Below the pieces are notes generated by a model that was not told where the DNA came from, made no database searches, and saw only the letters and a list, made by a program, of their open reading frames with translations. From Deltaproteobacteria bacterium (GTDB lineage: Bacteria; Desulfobacterota; Desulfobacteria; Desulfobacterales; JAUWMJ01), in the NCBI GenBank assembly GCA_030638575.1, contig DAOWEJ010000014.1:5041-69040 (forward strand): DNA of 64,000 nt, read 5' to 3'. The stretch's first letter is position 1; each line of letters starts with the position of its first letter. Position numbers and translations under genes: made by a program. Positions 53,855 through 62,633 of this stretch are shown here, piece after piece.

Positions 53855-53862
53855 ATTAGCGA

Positions 53863-54618
53863 TTACAATCTTTTTCTTATGGATTGCGGTACAAAGATCC
53901 TTTGTATGATAAGTCGTGAAAATGTGCAGGTGTTTCTTAAAAAATCGACAACCGGCCTGTAGTGGGATATACGCTTTTTCCCGGGCTCATAACTTACACG
54001 TATAGGCGCTTCTATTATCGGAATTTTTTTCCACTTTGCCTTTACAAGGATTTCAACCTCAAACTGGAATCTTTTGGACTTTGCATTCAAATTAAGCGAT
54101 TCAGGCAAAGGATATATCCTGAACCCGCTCTGGGAGTCGGTAATTATTGGGCCGCCCGAAGCAAGTACCCAGAAATTTGAAAATTTACGTCCGAACCGGC
54201 TTGTCCAGGGCACATTTTTTCCGGACATTCCTTTTCTTATTCCGACTATGATCGGCCTTTGGCCATCCGGAATAGCCAGGATTAAATTTATCAAGTCTTC
54301 AGGGTTATGCTGTCCATCTGCATCTATGGTTATCGCCCAGTCAGCGATCTTAACCGCTTCAGACCACCCTGTCATGATAGCCTTTCCCTTACCCAGGTTT
54401 ACTTTATGGCGCAGGAGGTTTATTCCCTTGATTTCCTTTAATATTTCCAGGGTGGAATCGGTTGATCCGTCATCCACCACAAAAACAGGCAATTTAAACT
54501 TCAGGGTTTCTTTTATTACATCGGCAACTTTTTGTTCATGGTTGTAAACGGGAATGATAAAGGCAAATCTTCCCTTTGCATGGATTTCTGACAATCTGTT
54601 GTTTGTAGATAATGCCAT
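53863..54618 (-). CDS. family 2 glycosyltransferase
   Basis: FIIPVYNHEQKV, VVDDGSTD and TIDADGQH (DxD) motifs. ATG at 54618 is preferred because the longer ORF enters a repeat. Confidence 0.85.
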   Translation of the reverse strand: MALSTNNRLSEIHAKGRFAFIIPVYNHEQKVADVIKETLKFKLPVFVVDDGSTDSTLEILKEIKGINLLRHKVNLGKGKAIMTGWSEAVKIADWAITIDADGQHNPEDLINLILAIPDGQRPIIVGIRKGMSGKNVPWTSRFGRKFSNFWVLASGGPIITDSQSGFRIYPLPESLNLNAKSKRFQFEVEILVKAKWKKIPIIEAPIRVSYEPGKKRISHYRPVVDFLRNTCTFSRLIIQRIFVPQSIRKRL

Positions 54619-54650
54619 AATTGTTTCAGTAAATTTAGACCAGGCGTAAT

Positions 54651-55000
54651 AGTTCAGCCACAAAGTCACAAAGACACAAAGATTATAATATAATTCTCTT
54701 GATGCCGTTTTTAACGAGAGACACGTTAAAATTAATGCAAGCGTTCGCGGAACGTTGAAATTAGAAAATAGAAATTGGAAATTCGGCCTTCATGCTTTTG
54801 TACGGTTGATGAACGCATTCAATTTGTATTCATTCAACTTGTAAACTCGTTTCATCTCTCCCGAATTTCTACTTTCCAATTTCCCCGCTTTCCTTTCGTT
54901 AAAGACGGGATCTGCGCTACGCTCCGACAAGTTTCAATCCGTAAACGGCAGATTTATAATTCATATCCTTCCTTTGAGCCTTTGTGCCTTAGTGGCTGGA
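54651..55000. repeat. Palindromic cassette with CACAAAG-triplet arms and a decayed interior
   Basis: Arms are agttcagccacaaagtcacaaagacacaaag / ctttgagcctttgtgccttagtggctgga. The interior, read on the reverse strand, begins ATGAATTATAAA like the 11031-11206 cassette. Confidence 0.75.
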
Positions 55001-55058
55001 CTAGTGCGACCAGGCAATTCGGCCGGCAAGACATCCGGGATGATTTTATAGAGGGCTC

Positions 55059-56774
55059 TTAAAACTCAGGTAAAAAAGCCATCGCCCAGGTTCCAGGACC
55101 CGTGTGGACACCAGTAGTTAAAGAAAGGGGTTGCAGTATAATCTCAGATGAAGGGAGGAGTTTTTTTATTTTTTTCCCGACAACATCATTTACCCACGAC
55201 CGGTTATCTGTATATTCCAGCATAATAAGGGGTGCTGAATCTTTATTTAAAGATTTTTCTATCTTATCAAGTGCGAATTTCAGTTGTCCTTCCTGATTTC
55301 TAACAGCCCCGACCTTTTTTGCTCCCTCTGCCGTCGGGCATACAATCGGCTTTACATTAAATGCATCACCAAAAAATGCATTGGTTTTAGACAACCTCCC
55401 ACCTGCAGCGAGGTATTTTAGCCTGTCAAGGAAGATATATTCCTCACAAAGATTAATTGCTCCTTTTGCAAATTCGATAACGGAATCAAGATCATTTGCT
55501 TTATTTGAGTATCTTGCTGTTGCAATCACGGCGATTCCCAAGCGGCCGGAAGCTGCGGTGGTGTCAATCACCATTAACCGGTCATCAGGATCGTTTCTTT
55601 CTTTCCAATTCATTACAACCTCATAATTTCCGGTGAAAACAGAACCCACACAAAGATATAATACCTTTTGATACTGTGCTAAAATTCTTTGATAATATTG
55701 ATGCCGTTCAAAAGTAGACGCCTGAGATGTTGAAACCTTTAATCCGTCTCTCATGGACTTGTAAAGTTCCAACCGGGGAAAATGCGTTTCCGGTAAGGAT
55801 TTATCACCTGCAGTTATATAGCTGTCAAGGAGTGTAAACCCTAAGTTTTGTGAATCTTCACGGGTTACGGAACCGGCTGCATCCGTCATGATGTGTATGA
55901 GCTTTTGGGTATTTTTTCGCTTGAACTCCTTGATTTGATTGTCTATATTATCTTCTGACCAGTTAAGGACTTTGCCTATGGATTCAATTTTTCTTTTAGC
56001 ATCTTCCCTGTTATCCGTATGCAGATGAACTTTTAAATAATCTTTATGTTCAATTACCACTACACTGCTGCCGCACTCTGAAAGTTTGCTGATATTTTCC
56101 CGGGTATTATCATCAAACCTGACTACAGTATCAACGCAATAACCTGCTTCGATTTCCTCATTAAATGAAGATGAAATCTTAAGAAAATCTTTGAATATTT
56201 CATTAATCGGCCGAAATTCATTATTCCTGCCGATCAGGCTGTTAAAAAAACCGTCTAGATATATAAAAATCCCTAAAGCACCTGAGTCCACCACACCGGC
56301 CTGTTTCAGCTTTGGAAGTAGTTTATTGGTTGATAACGTTGCCTTTTCAAGATGGTTTATTATTTTTACAACATATTCTTTTTTATTCTCAATATTATTT
56401 TTTTTCAAAAATTCGGCCAGGGCATCAAAAACCGTAAGCATTGTTCCTGTTACCGGGTTATGAACAGCCTGCCATGCCCTGTCTCTTCCCAATTTGGCAG
56501 CGCCGGGAAGAGTTTCAAATGAATCGGCTAAAAGAAAGCCGGAAAAAAAACGAGATGCAATATTCCCTGAATTTCCGCGGGCCGAAATTAAAAGCCTGTT
56601 AATTGTATTTTCAGTGTCCTTATTTAGCTGCCGCAACGGCGTAAGGCTTATGATTAGATTGCGTCCGGTATCACCGTCTGCAACAGGAAAAACATTAATA
56701 TCATCTAAAACATCAGACCATGCAGCAACCCGCTCCCCCCCTGAAATAAATGCGTTTTGAAAATCATATTCCAT
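55059..56774 (-). CDS. DAK2/DhaL-like domain fused to a DegV fatty-acid-binding domain
   Basis: N-terminus VADGDTGRNL (DhaL/FakA-N signature). The C-terminal ~285 aa is collinear with DegV (IHIMTDAAGS..., VSTSQAS, LDRLKYLAAGGRLS, GVHTGPGTWAMAF). Confidence 0.75.
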   Translation of the reverse strand: MEYDFQNAFISGGERVAAWSDVLDDINVFPVADGDTGRNLIISLTPLRQLNKDTENTINRLLISARGNSGNIASRFFSGFLLADSFETLPGAAKLGRDRAWQAVHNPVTGTMLTVFDALAEFLKKNNIENKKEYVVKIINHLEKATLSTNKLLPKLKQAGVVDSGALGIFIYLDGFFNSLIGRNNEFRPINEIFKDFLKISSSFNEEIEAGYCVDTVVRFDDNTRENISKLSECGSSVVVIEHKDYLKVHLHTDNREDAKRKIESIGKVLNWSEDNIDNQIKEFKRKNTQKLIHIMTDAAGSVTREDSQNLGFTLLDSYITAGDKSLPETHFPRLELYKSMRDGLKVSTSQASTFERHQYYQRILAQYQKVLYLCVGSVFTGNYEVVMNWKERNDPDDRLMVIDTTAASGRLGIAVIATARYSNKANDLDSVIEFAKGAINLCEEYIFLDRLKYLAAGGRLSKTNAFFGDAFNVKPIVCPTAEGAKKVGAVRNQEGQLKFALDKIEKSLNKDSAPLIMLEYTDNRSWVNDVVGKKIKKLLPSSEIILQPLSLTTGVHTGPGTWAMAFLPEF

Positions 56775-56776
56775 AT

Positions 56777-57196
56777 TTAAAAACCTAACGCCTTTCGTAT
56801 TTCATCCGGTATTTCAAACATAATTTCCATTTCAGGAAAATTTACGGCAACCTGTTCACTTCTTCCTTTTGTACAGATCTCGCCGTCATTCATGCGCCTT
56901 ATTTTAAAGTCGATTACGATCTTTATTTGTGCTTCGATAACGGTAGCTTTACAGGTAAATGTATCGCGATATCGCAGCGGAATAATATGTTTGGTGGATG
57001 TTTTGGTGATAGGAAACATGTAGTTAGTCTTTTTGTAAAACTCATAAAGATCGATACCGGCATTTCGAAATAATCCGAATCTTGCAATATCAAAATATTT
57101 CAAATAATTACCATGCCATACGATATGCATGGGGTCTAGATCGTGAAAAGGTACCGTCAACTTTTCTTCGTAACTTAATTGTTTATGTTTATCCAT
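56777..57196 (-). CDS. 4HBT/YbgC-type acyl-CoA or acyl-ACP thioesterase (hotdog)
   Basis: 139 aa. The pattern VPFHDLDPMHIVWHGNYLKYFDIARF is typical of the 4HBT family. Confidence 0.75.
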   Translation of the reverse strand: MDKHKQLSYEEKLTVPFHDLDPMHIVWHGNYLKYFDIARFGLFRNAGIDLYEFYKKTNYMFPITKTSTKHIIPLRYRDTFTCKATVIEAQIKIVIDFKIRRMNDGEICTKGRSEQVAVNFPEMEIMFEIPDEIRKALGF

Positions 57197-57466
57197 GGGT
57201 TCAAAAATATTTCCATATACATTGAGACCTTTGAAAAATTACCATTTTTCAAAGGTCTCTTCTGGTTCGGAGTCCACCAAAATGGAATATTTAAGACTTA
57301 TTTTGCAAAAAAATCAACAAATAATCAAAATATTGCCTGAAGTATTGCCTTTTTCCTGATAATGGTATATTTTACTAAGTTTATTTCAGTACATATTTTT
57401 GATAAATTTATAAAAAGTCTTATTTTGTTTTAATGCAGCTTATAGAAAGTCTTTGAATAAGCGCCG

Positions 57467-57593
57467 GATGGCTAAGTAAAAAGGCTCATATACAAGGCGT
57501 AGTGGTTTTTCAGGGAAGAGACTATACATATAGTATGTCGAGTTCCTGAAAAACCGCTACAACGCAGTAGATGAGACTTTTGACGACGCCATC
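57467..57593. repeat. Hairpin element of the GATGGCGTCGTAGAAAGTC family (third copy)
   Basis: Collinear with 16811-16937. Confidence 0.85.
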
Positions 57594-57620
57594 AATTTTA
57601 ATAGGCAAACGGAGTAATAA

Positions 57621-58049
57621 ATGAAGATTAGCGAAGTTCCTCAAGATCAAGGCATGATGACTGATGATGTCCATGAAGTCTGTTACGCCCTTGACAAGGA
57701 CGGCCGCTACGTGCTTGCTGCAAGTTCCGGATGGGAACCAAAAAACATCACAAACGATCAGGCGTGGGAAGTTATTGAGAAGCAGGTAACAAAGGCTCTA
57801 AAGGATATACATGCAGGAAAGCAGAGCCCTCTGGCTTTTCACATGGCAAAAAATCAAATGAACATAAGTCTGCTTTCTAAATATGTCCGATTCAGCCGGT
57901 GGCAGGTAAGGAGGCATCTAAAACCTGCTGTTTTCAAACGGTTAAAACCGGATATTCTTGAGCGATATGCCGATGTTTTTGAAATTACGGTAAAGCAGCT
58001 TCAAGAATATCCAGAAAATATAGACCAACGATTTTACAGGAATCTATAA
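57621..58049 (+). CDS. hypothetical protein, possible HTH
   Basis: 142-aa ORF directly preceding the BtrH-like gene. The central region SPLAFHMAKNQMNISLLSKYVRFSRWQVRRHL looks HTH-like. Confidence 0.4.
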   Translation: MKISEVPQDQGMMTDDVHEVCYALDKDGRYVLAASSGWEPKNITNDQAWEVIEKQVTKALKDIHAGKQSPLAFHMAKNQMNISLLSKYVRFSRWQVRRHLKPAVFKRLKPDILERYADVFEITVKQLQEYPENIDQRFYRNL

Positions 58050-58054
58050 AAATA

Positions 58055-59056
58055 ATGAAAATTGATTTTAAGCACAGGCATTCGGCCCACTGCGAAAGTG
58101 GGGTTTCCTCAAATTTACTTTTTCACTACGGAATAGATATCAGCGAGGCCATGGCTTTTGGAATCGGCGGCGGTCTCTTTTTTGGATATTTGCCATTTAT
58201 AAAGGTTAATAAACTTCCACTTACAACCTTTCGTTGCGAAGTTGGCGGCATCTTTAAACGCTTGACACGAAAAATTGGCGTTGGGGTTTACTGGCAGAAA
58301 TTCCGCAGCCCTGAAAAGGCCATGGATGCCTTAGATCACAGTCTCGAAGAAGGTATTCCAGTCGGGTGCAGGACCGGAGGATACTGGCTTCCATATTTTC
58401 CTTCGGCATTCAGGTTTCATTTTAATATGCATAATCTCGTTGTTTTTGGCAAAGAAGGAGACAAGTATCTAATCAGCGATCCTGTTTTTCCCGAGCCGGT
58501 AGTTTGTAACCGAAAAGACCTGATTAAGGCCCGTTTTGCCAAAGGTGCCCTTGCACCTAAAGGCACCATGTATTATCTAACCAGTGTGCCGGAAAAGGTG
58601 GATTTTTCTCCAGCCATCATTAAGGGTATAAAAGAGGTTTGCCGAAGGATGCTTAAAACACCTGGGCCCATCATCGGGGTTCGAGGTATCCGTTTTCTGG
58701 CAAACCAGGTCGAGAAATGGCCAAAAAAGTTCGGAAAACGCAAGACATCTCTTTATCTTGGACAGCTCATCCGTATGCAGGAAGAACTGGGAACTGGCGG
58801 AGGTGGGTTTCGTTTTATGTATGCTGCATTCCTGCAAGAAGCCGCCGGGATTTTAAAGGAAAATCGATTGCTTGATCTGTCACAAAAAATGACAAAGGCG
58901 GGTGACCGGTGGCGGGAATTTGCAGTTGTTGCATCACGTAATTGTAAAAACCGGGCATCGGACTCGGATTCATTCGAAGCAATGTCTGATATTTTGCGGG
59001 ATTGCGCCAACAGGGAAGCCGAGGTATATAAAGAGTTGATGGCAGTTGTTCATTAG
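58055..59056 (+). CDS. BtrH-N/DUF4872-like protein (putative ACP-dependent acyl/peptidyl transferase)
   Basis: The N-terminus FKHRHSAHCESGVSSNLLFHYGIDISEAMAFGIGGGLFFGY resembles the BtrH N-terminal Cys-peptidase-like domain (recognition from memory). Confidence 0.5.
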   Translation: MKIDFKHRHSAHCESGVSSNLLFHYGIDISEAMAFGIGGGLFFGYLPFIKVNKLPLTTFRCEVGGIFKRLTRKIGVGVYWQKFRSPEKAMDALDHSLEEGIPVGCRTGGYWLPYFPSAFRFHFNMHNLVVFGKEGDKYLISDPVFPEPVVCNRKDLIKARFAKGALAPKGTMYYLTSVPEKVDFSPAIIKGIKEVCRRMLKTPGPIIGVRGIRFLANQVEKWPKKFGKRKTSLYLGQLIRMQEELGTGGGGFRFMYAAFLQEAAGILKENRLLDLSQKMTKAGDRWREFAVVASRNCKNRASDSDSFEAMSDILRDCANREAEVYKELMAVVH

Positions 59057-59061
59057 AAATG

Positions 59062-59226
59062 GAGCGTCCCTTCAGGACTTGAAGAGCAGCCCTACGGGCT
59101 TTGAGGAGCGGCCTTTGGCCTTGAGGAGCGTCCCGCTCTATGCGGGACTTTAAGCCTAAAGCGTAGCGCTCATCAAGCAAAGCGATCCTCAAACGAAGTG
59201 CTCTTCAATCCCGCCGGGGCGGGATC
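59062..59226. repeat. GAGC...TTGAG mini-hairpin module array (copy 3 of 3), ending 8 nt before the ACP ATG
   Basis: Units: gagcgtcccttcaggacttgaa, gagcagccctacgggctttgag, gagcggcctttggccttgag, gagcgtcccgctctatgcgggactttaa. These are followed by reversed units and the terminal hairpin atcccgccggggcgggat. Confidence 0.85.
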
Positions 59227-59234
59227 AGTTTATT

Positions 59235-59483
59235 ATGACAATCAAAGAAAAATTAAAAAAGATAATTGTTGAAGCGCTGAACCTGGATGACATCACACCG
59301 GAAGAAATTAAGGATGATGAGCCGTTGTTCGGGAAAAAACTCGGCCTTGATTCCATTGATGCCGTTGAAATAGTATTCCAGGTTGAACAACATTTTGGCA
59401 TTGGAATTAAAAATATGAAGGAAGGACGTCCCGCCCTGCAGTCGATTAACACTCTTGCTGCTTTTATCGAGGCCCGCCTTTAG
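59235..59483 (+). CDS. acyl carrier protein
   Basis: 82 aa with LGLDSIDAVEIV Ser motif. Confidence 0.9.
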   Translation: MTIKEKLKKIIVEALNLDDITPEEIKDDEPLFGKKLGLDSIDAVEIVFQVEQHFGIGIKNMKEGRPALQSINTLAAFIEARL

Positions 59484-59485
59484 AC

Positions 59486-60688
59486 ATGAAACCTGTAAAA
59501 CCCGTAGCCATAGCCGGAATCGGTTGTATCTGCTCTGCCGGCTTGATACTAAAGGACTGCATCGATTTTTTGTATAAGGGAGAGCGTCACCCCGCACCAC
59601 CAGTCAATTTTTCCACAAGGTTAACCTTTCCGGTTTTTGAAATATTAGAAGATTTTTTCCCGTCAGACTTAATTAAAAAAACCAATTTGTTGCGTACATG
59701 CAAATTGGCATTGACGGCAACACTCGAAGCAATCAGCGATGCCGAGCTGGATAGAAAAATACTTGAAAACAAACGTGTGGGTGTGTGCATAGGAACAAAC
59801 GTTGGGAGTTCAATGAACAATGAGGCATTCTGCCTGGATGATGGAGATGGCCGAGATCCGTTTATTTCTCCTGTTAAAAGATTCCTGATTAGCAACCCAA
59901 CCAGCAGTATTGCTGCTGAATTCGGCACTACCGGGCCTTTGCAAACCGTGGTAAATGCATGTTCGTCCGGAAGCGACGCCCTGGGACTGGCTGCTTCATG
60001 GATCCGGTCGGGAATATGTGATGTGGTAATTGCCGGCGGGGCGGATGAAATGTATCAGATTACCTATACAGGCTTCAAATCACTGCTTATTAATGACGAT
60101 TCCCCGTGCAAACCCTTTGATATAAATCGAAAAGGCCTTAACCTGGGAGAAGGAGCGGCAATTTTTATACTGGTATCGGAGGAAATCCTTAAGGAAAGAA
60201 AAAAAGATCCTCGGGCTTATATCCTGGGTTACGGATCGGCTTCGGATGCGTATCATCATACAAAAACCAGACCGGACGGCAAGGGCCTGAAGGTTGCTAT
60301 TCAAGAGGCCATGGAAACCAGCAAGATGGTCCCTTCGGATATTGCATTTATTAATGCTCATGGAACTGGAACCCTGGACAATGATCTTGTGGAAAGCTGT
60401 GTTTTAAACGAAATATTTCCTGGAGTCCCCTTTTTTTCGACAAAAGGTTACACAGGGCACACCCTTGGTGCGGCAGGAGCTATTGAAGCGGCATTCACCA
60501 TAGCCTGCCTTGAACAAGGCATGGTGCCGGCAAACGTCGGCTTTACTACCCCAGATCCAAAAATGCCTCCTGCATATCCGGTTCAACAAAACTCAACTAT
60601 TAACGGCAATACAGCTCTTTCCGAAACCCTTGCTTTTGGCGGCAACAATTCGGTTTTAGTTCTGTCAACAGGAGAGCATCCGGCTTGA
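59486..60688 (+). CDS. beta-ketoacyl synthase
   Basis: NACSSGSDA active-site Cys; HGTGT; GHTLGAAGA; C-terminal AFGGNNS. Confidence 0.9.
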   Translation: MKPVKPVAIAGIGCICSAGLILKDCIDFLYKGERHPAPPVNFSTRLTFPVFEILEDFFPSDLIKKTNLLRTCKLALTATLEAISDAELDRKILENKRVGVCIGTNVGSSMNNEAFCLDDGDGRDPFISPVKRFLISNPTSSIAAEFGTTGPLQTVVNACSSGSDALGLAASWIRSGICDVVIAGGADEMYQITYTGFKSLLINDDSPCKPFDINRKGLNLGEGAAIFILVSEEILKERKKDPRAYILGYGSASDAYHHTKTRPDGKGLKVAIQEAMETSKMVPSDIAFINAHGTGTLDNDLVESCVLNEIFPGVPFFSTKGYTGHTLGAAGAIEAAFTIACLEQGMVPANVGFTTPDPKMPPAYPVQQNSTINGNTALSETLAFGGNNSVLVLSTGEHPA

Positions 60689-61788
60689 AAATTTCAATTA
60701 AGGGTATAGGTGTTTTAGGTGGATTCGGTTGCGGCATAGCTGAACTCGAGGAGGCTCTTAATGCCGGGAAAAGCTCTGTAAGCACCGTTGTTATAAAAAC
60801 CACGGCAGGCGACATTGACGTCCCTGCTTTTCTGGCAAATGCCGACATGCTTGAATCTTTTGTCGATAAAAGAAACTTGCGACGGATCGATCATTACACC
60901 CGTATGGCTCTTTTGGGATGTTATCTTGCCCTTGAAGATGCCGACATGCTGGATGTAGATCGCGGGCACATGGGAATCGTTGTTGCTACGGGCTATGGAG
61001 CGACCTGCAATACTTTTGATTTGCAACATTCGGTTATTACAGAAGCGGATCCGTTTTGCTCTCCGACCCAGTTTTCAAATTCGGTTCATAACGTGGCAGC
61101 CACCCAAATTTCTATTTTGCTTAAAGAGCTGGGTCCAAATTTATCCGTTAGCCATTATGACATGTCCATTACGTCGGCTTTTTCAAGTGCCTGCCAGTGG
61201 CTGCAGGAAGAGCGTGTAGAAACCGTGCTGGTTGGAGGTGTAGATGAATTTTGCAAGATACTGGGTTACTTTTGGCATTGCCTTTATAATGCGGGTAATG
61301 AAAAGGTGGACTTTGCCGGTAAAAAGAGCCCGGAGCATGCAATTATTGGTGAAGGCGCAAATTTCTTTGTTTTAACCAGGGAAAAGGAAGCTGCTTCTCC
61401 TTATGGTTTTATTGAAGCTGTCCGGATGGGAAATTTTGAACGCAAAGGGATAAACTTGCCTGAAAATGCCGCTTTCTTTATAGGTGCAGACGGTTACAGC
61501 GGGTGTGACGATAAATATGAAAGTTTTCTTTCTGAAAAGGCTAAAGTTGCTTCTTATTCGCATCTGTATGGCGGCATACCTGTCGGTATGGGCTTTGATA
61601 TTGCCATTGCCGCCCTGGGCAATAAAGCCGGAACTGTCTTTAAGTCTGCTGAATCTCCCATTTATAATCAGGGCCGGCTGGATGTGATCGAGCATGACGA
61701 AGATCTTGGCTCAAAACGCATCTGTTGCTTAAAGCTTGGTGCAGGCGGCAGCTTTGGATGGATTGGTTTAAATCGCTCAAACTTCTAA
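60685..61788 (+). CDS. KS-like partner protein (chain-length-factor-like)
   Basis: Thiolase-fold-like sequence (VVATGYG, VLVGGVDE, GEGANFFVL) without a recognisable CSSG/HGTGT triad; 4-nt overlap with the KS gene. Confidence 0.65.
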   Translation: MKISIKGIGVLGGFGCGIAELEEALNAGKSSVSTVVIKTTAGDIDVPAFLANADMLESFVDKRNLRRIDHYTRMALLGCYLALEDADMLDVDRGHMGIVVATGYGATCNTFDLQHSVITEADPFCSPTQFSNSVHNVAATQISILLKELGPNLSVSHYDMSITSAFSSACQWLQEERVETVLVGGVDEFCKILGYFWHCLYNAGNEKVDFAGKKSPEHAIIGEGANFFVLTREKEAASPYGFIEAVRMGNFERKGINLPENAAFFIGADGYSGCDDKYESFLSEKAKVASYSHLYGGIPVGMGFDIAIAALGNKAGTVFKSAESPIYNQGRLDVIEHDEDLGSKRICCLKLGAGGSFGWIGLNRSNF

Positions 61789-61844
61789 CCCGCTTTAAAA
61801 CCCGATGAATTCGATTTTTTAAAAAGCCGTCAATAATTGAAAAA

Positions 61845-62633
61845 ATGCAGATAATAGATACAGCAGAAAAAAGAGGCGAAACGGCCGGTGAAAAAGCTCT
61901 CGTTGTTAAGGACCTTGTCAAAAAATACAAAGGTTCATCCGGGCCTGCTCTCTCCGGATTGGATATTTCTGTTAACTACGGAGAGATTTTTGGTCTTTTA
62001 GGTCCAAACGGTGCCGGAAAGACAACAGCAATATCCATAATGTGCGCGCTTTTACGGCCAACAAGCGGAAGTGTCACAATTTGTGGTGTTGATGTCCTCA
62101 AACAGCCAAATCGCATAAGGAGATTAATAGGCCTGGTACCCCAGGATATCGCTCTTTATTCTAATTTAACGCTGCGGGAAAACCTGCGTTATTTTGGCCG
62201 AATCTGCGGGCTTAAAGGGCAAGAACTAAAAGATCGGATTGCCGAATGTATAGAGATAGTCGGGCTGGAGAAAAAGGCTGACCAGCGCATATTTACATAT
62301 TCGGGCGGTATGAAACGTCGCGCTAATCTGGCAGCAGGTATTTTACACAAGCCACGTATCCTTTTCCTTGATGAACCGACTGTGGGAATCGATGCACAGT
62401 CACGAAATATGATCCTGGAGAAACTCACCCTGCTCAAAGAAAACGGGACAACCATGATTTATACAACCCATTATATGGGCGAAGCAGAACAGCTTTGCGC
62501 TTGTGTTGCCATTATTGACGAAGGACATATTATTGCCGAAGGGCCTCCTCAGGAATTAATTAAACAGGCCCCGGGACATGCCAGTTTGAGAGATCTGTTT
62601 CTGGCTCTAACCGGAAAACGCCTGAGAGATTGA
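61845..62633 (+). CDS. ABC transporter ATP-binding protein (ABC-2 type)
   Basis: GPNGAGKTT, YSGGMKRRANLAAG, LFLDEPTVGID. Confidence 0.9.
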   Translation: MQIIDTAEKRGETAGEKALVVKDLVKKYKGSSGPALSGLDISVNYGEIFGLLGPNGAGKTTAISIMCALLRPTSGSVTICGVDVLKQPNRIRRLIGLVPQDIALYSNLTLRENLRYFGRICGLKGQELKDRIAECIEIVGLEKKADQRIFTYSGGMKRRANLAAGILHKPRILFLDEPTVGIDAQSRNMILEKLTLLKENGTTMIYTTHYMGEAEQLCACVAIIDEGHIIAEGPPQELIKQAPGHASLRDLFLALTGKRLRD

